In this document: in pieces, positions 1 through 6,205 of the stretch
How the letters are laid out: every line of letters begins with the position of its first letter
Numbering within the stretch: position 1 is the stretch's first letter
DNA from: a virus
Lineage: Duplodnaviria; Heunggongvirae; Uroviricota; Caudoviricetes
IMG/VR virus record: IMGVR_UViG_2534682139_000022
Span: 1-11,732 of that record
Length of the DNA: 11,732 bases
Strand: one strand, 5' to 3'
Made by a program: the position numbers and the translations under genes
The notes under the pieces: model-generated
Seen by the model: only the letters and a program-made list of their open reading frames with translations
Told to the model about the DNA's origin: nothing
The model's database searches: none

Positions 1-549
1 ATGCAATTTAATATCCCTACGTTGCTTACACTGTTCCGTGTCATCCTTATCCCATTCTTTGTATTGGTCTTTTATCTGCCTGTCACCTGGTCGCCGTTTG
101 CCGCCGCGCTCATTTTCTGCGTCGCGGCGGTGACTGACTGGTTCGATGGTTTTCTGGCACGCCGCTGGAACCAGAGTACCCGGTTTGGTGCTTTCCTTGA
201 CCCTGTAGCAGATAAAGTTCTCGTGGCTATCGCCATGGTGCTGGTAACCGAGCATTATCACAGCTGGTGGGTGACCCTACCGGCGGCAACGATGATCGCC
301 CGTGAAATTATTATTTCTGCGCTACGCGAATGGATGGCGGAGTTGGGTAAACGCAGTAGCGTGGCTGTCTCCTGGATTGGGAAAGTGAAAACCACTGCCC
401 AGATGGTGGCGTTGGCCTGGCTGCTGTGGCGTCCGAACATTTGGGTTGAGTACGCCGGTATTGCACTTTTCTTTGTGGCTGCGGTACTGACTCTGTGGTC
501 AATGTTGCAATATTTGAGCGCTTCGCGTGCAGATTTGCTTGATCAGTGA
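1..549 (+). CDS. pgsA: CDP-diacylglycerol--glycerol-3-phosphate 3-phosphatidyltransferase (phosphatidylglycerophosphate synthase)
   Basis: 182-aa ORF starting at base 1 with TGA at 547-549; translation recognised as enterobacterial PgsA (CDP-alcohol phosphatidyltransferase motif region DWFDG...DPVADK); immediately followed by the glyW-cysT-leuZ tRNA cluster as in E. coli. Confidence 0.93.
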   Translation: MQFNIPTLLTLFRVILIPFFVLVFYLPVTWSPFAAALIFCVAAVTDWFDGFLARRWNQSTRFGAFLDPVADKVLVAIAMVLVTEHYHSWWVTLPAATMIAREIIISALREWMAELGKRSSVAVSWIGKVKTTAQMVALAWLLWRPNIWVEYAGIALFFVAAVLTLWSMLQYLSASRADLLDQ

Positions 550-599
550 TCGTTTCGGCGTAATTTTCAGCAAACGATCAAAAGTGGTGAAAAATATCG

Positions 600-627
600 T
601 TGACTCATCGCGCCAGGTAAGTAGAAT
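600..627 (+). promoter_or_regulatory. candidate sigma70 promoter of the tRNA operon (TTGACT -35 at 600-605, 16-bp spacer, TAGAAT -10 at 622-627, AT-rich upstream, GC-rich discriminator downstream)
   Basis: Hexamers read directly from sequence about 75 bp upstream of tRNA-Gly; the spacing is a plausible 16 bp; not experimentally anchored. Confidence 0.4.
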
Positions 628-700
628 GCAACGCATCGAACGGCGGCACTGATTGCCAGACGATAATAAAATCAAGTGATTAACTGATTGCTTGATGAAT

Positions 701-776
<76 letters not shown>

Positions 777-830
777 GTTTAAAAGACATCGGCGTCAAGC
801 GGATGTCTGGCTGAAAGGCCTGAAGAATTT

Positions 831-904
831 GGCGCGTTAACAAAGCGGTTATGTAGCGGATTGCAAATCCGTCTAGTCCGGTTCGACTCCGGAACGCGCC
901 TCCA
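831..904 (+). tRNA. cysT: tRNA-Cys (anticodon GCA)
   Basis: 74-nt sequence GGCGCGTTAACAAAGCGG...GGAACGCGCCTCCA, anticodon loop ATTGCAAAT, encoded CCA. Confidence 0.95.
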
Positions 905-916
905 CTTTCTTCCCGA

Positions 917-1003
917 GCCCGGATGGTGGAATCGGTAGACACAAGGGATTTAAAATCCCTCGGCGTTCGCGCTGTGCGGGTTCAAGTCCCGCTCCGGGTA
1001 CCA
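917..1003 (+). tRNA. leuZ: tRNA-Leu (anticodon TAA), class II tRNA with long variable arm
   Basis: 87-nt sequence GCCCGGATGGTGGAATCGGTAGACACAAGGGATTTAAAATCCC...GGGTACCA, anticodon loop TTTAAAA, encoded CCA. Confidence 0.95.
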
Positions 1004-1045
1004 TGGGAAAGATAAGAATAAAATCAAAGCAATAAGCAGTGTCGT

Positions 1046-1072
1046 GAAACCACCTTCGGGTGGTTTTTTTGT
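1046..1072 (+). terminator. rho-independent terminator of the tRNA operon
   Basis: GC-containing hairpin GAAACCACC-TTCG-GGTGGTTT followed by a T-run (TTTTTTTGT) about 45 nt after leuZ. Confidence 0.7.
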
Positions 1073-1543
1073 ATTTGTATTTTGTTAAATGGCGGTAAAG
1101 TGGCGATGGTGTGGCGATATGCAGAAATAATGATAGTACACGTCTGTTTAAACTCTAAGGGTGAAGCAAAACTCTCCTGCAACTCATCTGCATTTCGCAT
1201 ATTGAACTAGGGCCTTGGTTAAACCAAAGTTTTTTCTGGGATCTTCCCACTCAACTTCATTTTTCCTCCTACCATCCACCAAAAGGTGTCTGCGCTACTC
1301 TATCTTTTTTAATCTGACAACATCCTGAGAAAAAGACAAATTCGTTAGATTTACTGTCTTTCTGCTGCCTCGAATGCTGATGTCTGCAGCACTGATAATA
1401 ACTCTATCTCTTTGATATAGATCTTTTTTTTGATGAATTGCACGGCATATTATCGTGATGGCACCTTCTTGTTAAAGGTGTTGTACTCCTCATCTCGATT
1501 TTATGATGTGGGCTATGATTGGTTAGTAATAGAGTGTATCGGT

Positions 1544-1825
1544 ATGCGATGTGGTTTATTAATGGCAATCTGCCTTTGTTTGGTATCTTTTAGTGGGTAT
1601 GCAGCAACAGGAAAGTCAGATGCTCAGATCAAGAAAGAAATAATTAAAGAATCCATTGAATCTTATCCAGGCAATTGTGCGTGTCCGTATAATCATGCAA
1701 GGAATGGTAGTAGATGTGGTGGACGCAGTGCATATAGCCGTACTGGAGGGTATGACGTGGTATGTTATGAAAGTGATGTTACCGATGAAATGATCCGGCA
1801 ATGGAAGCAGGAGAATGCTGAGTAA
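1544..1825 (+). CDS. small secreted Cys-containing protein of unknown function (predicted signal peptide; motif C-x-C-P-Y...R-C-G-G-R-S-A-Y)
   Basis: ORF 1430-1825 in the six-frame track; internal ATG at 1544 begins a signal-peptide-like N-terminus (MRCGLLMAICLCLVSFSGYAA) followed by a hydrophilic body with 4 Cys; lies in an AT-rich block; the start codon is uncertain (1430, 1544 or 1562) and no strong RBS was seen. Confidence 0.45.
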   Translation: MRCGLLMAICLCLVSFSGYAATGKSDAQIKKEIIKESIESYPGNCACPYNHARNGSRCGGRSAYSRTGGYDVVCYESDVTDEMIRQWKQENAE

Positions 1826-1900
1826 TCTCTTTTAACTGATTTGTTGTGCGAGCATTATGTGCAGTTAACGGCTCACTAGCTAGTGAGAGTTCCAAAAAGA

Positions 1901-1932
1901 AACCCCGCAGTTTTTACGCTGCGGGGTTGTTA
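1901..1932 (+). terminator. hairpin plus T-rich tail downstream of the small secreted-protein gene
   Basis: CCCCGCAG (1903-1910) pairs with CTGCGGGG (1919-1926) around a loop TTTTTACG, followed by TTGTTATTC; preceded by an A-run so it may act in both directions. Confidence 0.5.
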
Positions 1933-1983
1933 TTCATGCCTATGAGATAGGGTGCCTTATCGGCCTTACCCTAGCAACCGATT

Positions 1984-2005
1984 GACGGGGAGTTGCCTCC
2001 CCGTC
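1984..2005 (-). terminator. perfect 9-bp stem / 4-nt loop hairpin immediately 3' of the Hok-like ORF
   Basis: GACGGGGAG-TTGC-CTCCCCGTC read directly; lies 10 nt beyond the minus-strand stop at 2015-2017; there is no clear U-tract, so it may be an mRNA 3' stability or fold-back element rather than a classical terminator. Confidence 0.35.
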
Positions 2006-2014
2006 GCGGTTTCC

Positions 2015-2155
2015 TTACTGCTTACACTGTAAGAACGCCGCAAACTCCGCTCCCCAGAAGCTCATCCGTATTTCACACAGCGAACCGTGCAGCATCCAGA
2101 TGATGAGGATTACCGTCACGCAGAACGTGATGGCCGTAAGCGATTTTTGCGACAT
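2015..2155 (-). CDS. Hok/Gef-family type I toxin-like small membrane protein (46 aa)
   Basis: Not in the ORF track (under 60 aa). Minus-strand translation is MSQKSLTAITFCVTVILIIWMLHGSLCEIRMSFWGAEFAAFLQCKQ: an N-terminal transmembrane helix followed by the Hok-family signature (S/D)LCE(I/V)R ... G-x-E(V/F)AAF. RBS AAGGAG sits 8 nt upstream of the ATG. Confidence 0.6.
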   Translation of the reverse strand: MSQKSLTAITFCVTVILIIWMLHGSLCEIRMSFWGAEFAAFLQCKQ

Positions 2156-2344
2156 AGCGCTTGCTCCTTTGTTGGAGAGGCGCTAACCTATCACTTGCTA
2201 GGTTGACGGGTTAGGGCCTCGGTTAAACAGAAATGTTTTCCGGGGCCTTTCCACATCCGGCCTTCGGGTATTCCCTCCGACCATCAGCCGAAAGGCACCC
2301 GCACGTAATCTATCGCTTTTTTGTTACTCCGGCAATTCTGCCTG

Positions 2345-2605
2345 TTAATTCTGAGGTAAAGGCAAACTCATCTGATTGTTTCCCCTGTGTGAAGCTGGCA
2401 GCTCATGCCACGGGATACCTTCTGATGAGTGAACGCCGGAGGCGTGTTTCGATGTGAATTTATGGAAAGCTTCCAGTGTTGAGAAGCATACGCCGCATTC
2501 CAGGTTGTTACACTGGTAATACTTTTGCCGCACGGTGTTTGAATCATTTTCCGGACGACTGGTGCGGATACGGGCAGATGCGCCACAAAGCGGACAACGG
2601 AACAT
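2345..2605 (-). CDS. ogr: Ogr/Delta-family zinc-finger late-gene transcriptional activator (P2 Ogr-like)
   Basis: N-terminus MFRCPLCGASARIRTSR...YYQCNNLECGVCF matches the P2 Ogr C-x2-C-x22-C-x4-C zinc finger; consensus RBS AAGGAGG 5 nt upstream of the ATG; the ORF is 86 aa, somewhat longer than the 72-aa P2 Ogr. Confidence 0.85.
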   Translation of the reverse strand: MFRCPLCGASARIRTSRPENDSNTVRQKYYQCNNLECGVCFSTLEAFHKFTSKHASGVHSSEGIPWHELPASHRGNNQMSLPLPQN

Positions 2606-2647
2606 AGCGACCTCCTTTAACGTGGTGCTGCCGCTATTCTAAGTTGC

Positions 2648-3757
2648 TCACTCTGTTTCCGCTATCCATTCCGGGATTTTTGCCTCAAGCTCAAGCTGCG
2701 TGGTAAAGCCGCTGTTATCAATGGTGTGCTCGGCTTTTGCAATAATCCAGTCCTGATTATCAATCTCGCTTTTAAATCCTGTTACCGTGCCATGCATTTC
2801 GGGGTAGAGTTCTGCTCGTCCACGTGCCAGCGTGATGGAGAATGATGCGGCTCCGCGTTGTAGTTGTTGCCACTTTGCCGCCGCTGCGCGTCTTGCTGCC
2901 TGCTCGTTCTGATAAGTCTTGCGTAACACAAACACATTGCCTTCCGCGCCTTCCATATAATCACCTTCACGGCTGCTGCTTTTCTCTTTTTTCGGTTTTG
3001 GCGGTTTGCGGCGTTTCACGCTGACTTTTTTCTTTTTCCCGTAATTAAGATCAAGCCAGTAAGCGCGTACCCCCGTATACGCCTCGCGGTCAGCAATGCG
3101 GAACTGATGGCGATCGCCGCTGCTGCGTGTGATGGCGAACGATGGCAACGGCTGGCCCTGTGCGTTCACGCCACCGCCGGGCATGATGAATAACAGATTA
3201 CCGCTTTTTACCGTGGTGATTGCGCCCAGCATTTCCGCCATGCGCGTAAGGAAGGACATGTCACTTTCTTCGGTCTGGTCGGCGTGGTCGATTTCGATAT
3301 CCATCAGCATTTCGCTGATTTGCGGTTTCAGACCGTACCGATGAGCGATGGCGGATACCACACGCTCAACGGTCACATCATGCCAGGACACCTCACGTTT
3401 AACGTTAAATTCATCCCGAAAATCTGCGCTTCTGGCTGAAACAGTCAGCCTGTCCGGCGGTCCTTCGTGTGCGATTTCATCAACAATGTAAGAGCCTTTT
3501 TCTGTCAGCGGTTCGCCTTTCCAGCCAATGAGAACCGTCAGGCGCGCGCCCCGTGGCGGTAGCCGCAACTGACCATCCGCATCATCCAGCGTGATGGTGA
3601 GCTGGTCTGCCTCAAATCCCCGGTTGTCGGTCAGCGACAGGCTCATCAGGCGCTCTGCCACGCCGGACAGCGTTTTACCCTCCGCGAGAATATCAAAATC
3701 CGGCATTTTTACGGGGTCTGTGCCCTGACTGAGCAATTGCATGGTGGTGTCGGTCAT
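2648..3757 (-). CDS. P2 gpD-like tail protein (late control gene D family)
   Basis: The ORF track shows 2648-3889; an internal start at 3757 (MTDTTMQLLSQG...) matches the P2 gpD N-terminus and has RBS GGGAGGG upstream; homology continues across the protein (LSLTDNRGFEADQL, RSADFR, SWHD, EGDYMEGAEGNVF, lysine-rich segment, NSGFTT). Confidence 0.9.
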   Translation of the reverse strand: MTDTTMQLLSQGTDPVKMPDFDILAEGKTLSGVAERLMSLSLTDNRGFEADQLTITLDDADGQLRLPPRGARLTVLIGWKGEPLTEKGSYIVDEIAHEGPPDRLTVSARSADFRDEFNVKREVSWHDVTVERVVSAIAHRYGLKPQISEMLMDIEIDHADQTEESDMSFLTRMAEMLGAITTVKSGNLLFIMPGGGVNAQGQPLPSFAITRSSGDRHQFRIADREAYTGVRAYWLDLNYGKKKKVSVKRRKPPKPKKEKSSSREGDYMEGAEGNVFVLRKTYQNEQAARRAAAAKWQQLQRGAASFSITLARGRAELYPEMHGTVTGFKSEIDNQDWIIAKAEHTIDNSGFTTQLELEAKIPEWIAETE

Positions 3758-3914
3758 CTGTTCCCTCCCTGTGCGGCATGGTCGCATGTGCGTGCGGAGG
3801 GGGTTACTGCTTTTTGTTGTCGCCGGGTCGGGAGAACGGCGCAGGGGTGAGATTACGCGCGTGGTGGGTGATGATTGTTGCCGAATCATTTAACGGATAC
3901 AAGGGGCTGAAGCT

Positions 3915-5099
3915 ATGAGTGAAACTCGTTTTCATGGTGCCCGTGTTACGGAAAATACCGACCTGGTAACAGCGATTAACGATGTTGATTCCAGCGTTAT
4001 CGGTATCGTGGCAACGGCGGATGATGCGGACGCGAAGCTGTTCCCGCTGAACAAGCCTACACTGCTGACCCGCGTCAATGACGTGCTGGGAAAATGCGGA
4101 ACAACGGGGACGCTTTATCGTGCGCTTAAGGCCATCGCAGACCAGGTGAGCACAAAGGTGATCGTCGTTCGCGTGGCTGAACACAAAGAAGAAGACGGTA
4201 AGACGCAGGATCAACTGGTTATCGGTGGTTCTGAGGATGACGGCAGCTATACGGGGATGTATGCGCTGCTTGTTGCAGAGCAGGATGAAAGCATCGGATA
4301 CCGTCCGCGTATTCTGGCCGCGCCGGAGCTGGACACGGAGGCGGTGACAAAATCCCTGTGCGTGATTGCGGGTAAACTGCGCGCGTTTGTGTATGCCACA
4401 TGTCATGGTTGTAACACGATGGCTGAGGCGATTACCTACCGCCAGAAATTCAACGAACGTGAGGTGATGCTCTTATGGCCTGACTTCATCGCCTACAACC
4501 CGAAAAGTGGCAAAAACGAAACGTTCCCCGCGCCTGCTTATGCGTGCGGCCTTCGTGCGTACATTGACCATGAGCAGGGCTGGCACAAATCGCTGTCCAA
4601 TGTTCCGGTTAAAAATGTGCTGGGAATGTCCAGGCATGTGTTCTGGTCGTTGCAGGCCGAAGACAGTGATGCCAACAGCCTCAATAACAAAGAAATCACG
4701 ACCATTATTCGTCGCAACGGGTTCCGCTTCTGGGGCAACCGCACACCGGAAACGAACGCCTACATCTTTGAGGTGTATACCCGAACCGCACAGGTGCTGG
4801 CTGATTCAATTGCGGAAGCGCAGTTTGAAACCATCGACAGTCCACTGACGCCTGCGAACGTGAAGGATGTTATCAGTGCCATCAGGGCAAAACTGGATTC
4901 GCTGGTTACTGCCGGGAAACTGATTGGTGCGGAGTGCTGGTATGACGTGGTGGATAACGGCACCACGGATTTACGTCAGGGACGTGTGCGTATTCGCTAC
5001 AAATATACGCCCGTTCCGCCACTGGAAGACATGGAGCTTTACCAGACGTTTACCGATGAATTCTTTGGTCCCGCATTTGCGGTGCTGGGAGGTGCCTGA
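3915..5099 (+). CDS. P2 gpFI-like contractile tail sheath protein
   Basis: 394-aa ORF with RBS AAGGGG; conserved blocks shared with P2 FI (FPLNKP, QGWHKSLSNV, IRRNGFRFWGNRT, YTRTAQV, YTPVPPLE). Confidence 0.95.
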   Translation: MSETRFHGARVTENTDLVTAINDVDSSVIGIVATADDADAKLFPLNKPTLLTRVNDVLGKCGTTGTLYRALKAIADQVSTKVIVVRVAEHKEEDGKTQDQLVIGGSEDDGSYTGMYALLVAEQDESIGYRPRILAAPELDTEAVTKSLCVIAGKLRAFVYATCHGCNTMAEAITYRQKFNEREVMLLWPDFIAYNPKSGKNETFPAPAYACGLRAYIDHEQGWHKSLSNVPVKNVLGMSRHVFWSLQAEDSDANSLNNKEITTIIRRNGFRFWGNRTPETNAYIFEVYTRTAQVLADSIAEAQFETIDSPLTPANVKDVISAIRAKLDSLVTAGKLIGAECWYDVVDNGTTDLRQGRVRIRYKYTPVPPLEDMELYQTFTDEFFGPAFAVLGGA

Positions 5100-5611
5100 T
5101 GGCTGTGCCAAAACATCTTCGCTTTTTTACGTTGTTTGTGGATGGTGAAAACGAAGTGGGCAAAGTGACATCCGTCACGCCGCCCAAACTGACGCGCAAA
5201 ACCGACAGCTATCGTGGTGGTGGCATGATGGGGGCGGTAAGTATTGATCTCGGTCTGGACGACTCCGCGCTTGATGCGAGTTTTGTTATGGGGGGAGCTG
5301 TTCGTGCGCTGTTCCTTAAATATGGCGGCACGATTGACGGCACGCTGCTGCGTTTTGCGGGTGAATACTACACCGATGCAGAAAGCGATCTGTATGAGAT
5401 CGAGATGCGCGGGCGTGTGACGGAAATTGATATGGGGGAAGCCAAACAGGGGGAAGCCACATCACACACTTACGCTGTCAAAAACACCTACTACAAGCTG
5501 AGCGTTAACGATCGCCCGCTGTGGGAAATCGACCTGTTGAACCACATCTACCGGAAGGACGGCAAGGACATTGTGCCTGACCGTATCCGTTCCGCGCTTG
5601 GGCTTGGCTGA
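5099..5611 (+). CDS. P2 gpFII-like tail tube protein
   Basis: 170-aa ORF whose start overlaps the FI stop (ATGA-type overlap at 5097-5101); conserved blocks PKLTRK, YRGGGM, DLGLDD, RFAG, EIDMGE, KQGE. Confidence 0.93.
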   Translation: MAVPKHLRFFTLFVDGENEVGKVTSVTPPKLTRKTDSYRGGGMMGAVSIDLGLDDSALDASFVMGGAVRALFLKYGGTIDGTLLRFAGEYYTDAESDLYEIEMRGRVTEIDMGEAKQGEATSHTYAVKNTYYKLSVNDRPLWEIDLLNHIYRKDGKDIVPDRIRSALGLG

Positions 5612-5666
5612 TAAGTAATATGCAGGCGGCGCAGTGCGTCGCCTCTGACTGAAAAGGAGACAACTG

Positions 5667-6041
5667 ATGAAAGACATCGATACTGAAACCCGGAATAACA
5701 CCGTGGCGGATGATGTGACGGCAGGTGAGGATATGGCTGTCGAACGTGGCGTAAAACTGACCCGACCAATTGAGCGTGGTGGCGAAAAAATCACGTATGT
5801 GGAGATCACCGGGGCTATTGAGCAGGCTGGATCCCTGCGTGGTCTGTCGCTGTCTGATGTGCTGAATCTGAAAGCGGATACCATGTTTATGCTGTTGCCT
5901 CGCGTGACCTCGCCACGACTGGATGAAGTGATGATTAAAAAAATGTCGTCACGCGATTTTATTCAGTTGTGCGCTGTGGCTGTAAATTTTATGAGCGAGC
6001 CAGACTCTGGCGCGAAGAGCGTGCAGGAGACGGCAGCGTAA
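5667..6041 (+). CDS. P2 gpE-like tail assembly chaperone (zero-frame product)
   Basis: 124-aa ORF with RBS AAGGAG; contains PIERGGEKIT and GSLRGL motifs typical of gpE; position between tail tube and tape measure genes. Confidence 0.85.
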   Translation: MKDIDTETRNNTVADDVTAGEDMAVERGVKLTRPIERGGEKITYVEITGAIEQAGSLRGLSLSDVLNLKADTMFMLLPRVTSPRLDEVMIKKMSSRDFIQLCAVAVNFMSEPDSGAKSVQETAA

Positions 6042-6205
6042 TCACCCTGGTGTGCTTTGAGCACATCGAAGATCTGGTGGCGGATATTGCCGCCATTTTC
6101 AACTGGTCGCCCGCCGAAATCTTCATGATGACGCCCGGCGAAGTGGTTAGCTGGCGCGAGCGGGCGGCACTTCGCAGCGGGAATGCAGATAATGAAGACT
6201 CTTGA
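5939..6205 (+). CDS. E' extension frame (-1 relative to E) for the programmed-frameshift product gpE+E'
   Basis: The -1 frame is open from 5939 to TGA at 6203-6205, overlaps the 3' part of E and the start of T, and encodes a protein-like tail (SVITLVCFEHIEDLVADIAAIFNWSPAEIF...); there is no convincing independent start; this mirrors the P2 E/E' and lambda G/GT arrangement. Confidence 0.55.
   Translation, partial: KNVVTRFYSVVRCGCKFYERARLWREERAGDGSVITLVCFEHIEDLVADIAAIFNWSPAEIFMMTPGEVVSWRERAALRSGNADNEDS

Noticed and set aside
1219-1260. 13-codon minus-strand ORF (MKLSGKIPEKTLV) preceded by AGGAGG
   Set aside because: Too short and unsupported to call a gene; the RBS spacing is short (4 nt). 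It is only mentioned inside the leuZ-ogr cargo finding.
1430-1543. N-terminal 38-codon extension of the small secreted protein ORF
   Set aside because: The extension precedes a clear signal-peptide-like segment starting at Met 1544; starting at 1430 would bury the signal peptide internally. The shorter start is preferred but uncertain.
2156-2340. Mok-like overlapping reading frame and sok antisense promoter upstream of the Hok-like ORF
   Set aside because: All upstream minus-strand frames terminate before reaching the hok start and no convincing plus-strand promoter/terminator pair was resolved by eye, so the regulatory partners are not claimed.
2233-2586. ORFs 2233-2457 (+) and 2368-2586 (-) overlapping ogr
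   Set aside because: The Ogr frame (2345-2605 minus) has the zinc-finger signature and a consensus RBS; the overlapping frames have neither.
3780-3914. Ogr-dependent late-promoter element (TGT-N12-ACA) upstream of FI
   Set aside because: Each TGT in the region was checked for an ACA 12 nt downstream; no perfect match was found, so no promoter feature is annotated there.
3804-4406. 200-aa minus-strand ORF antisense to the FI sheath gene (plus other ORFs at 4219-4401, 4507-4848, 4538-4744, 4760-4966, 4924-5148)
   Set aside because: They lie entirely within or antisense to the strongly supported FI gene, have no recognisable protein features and are typical GC-rich shadow ORFs.
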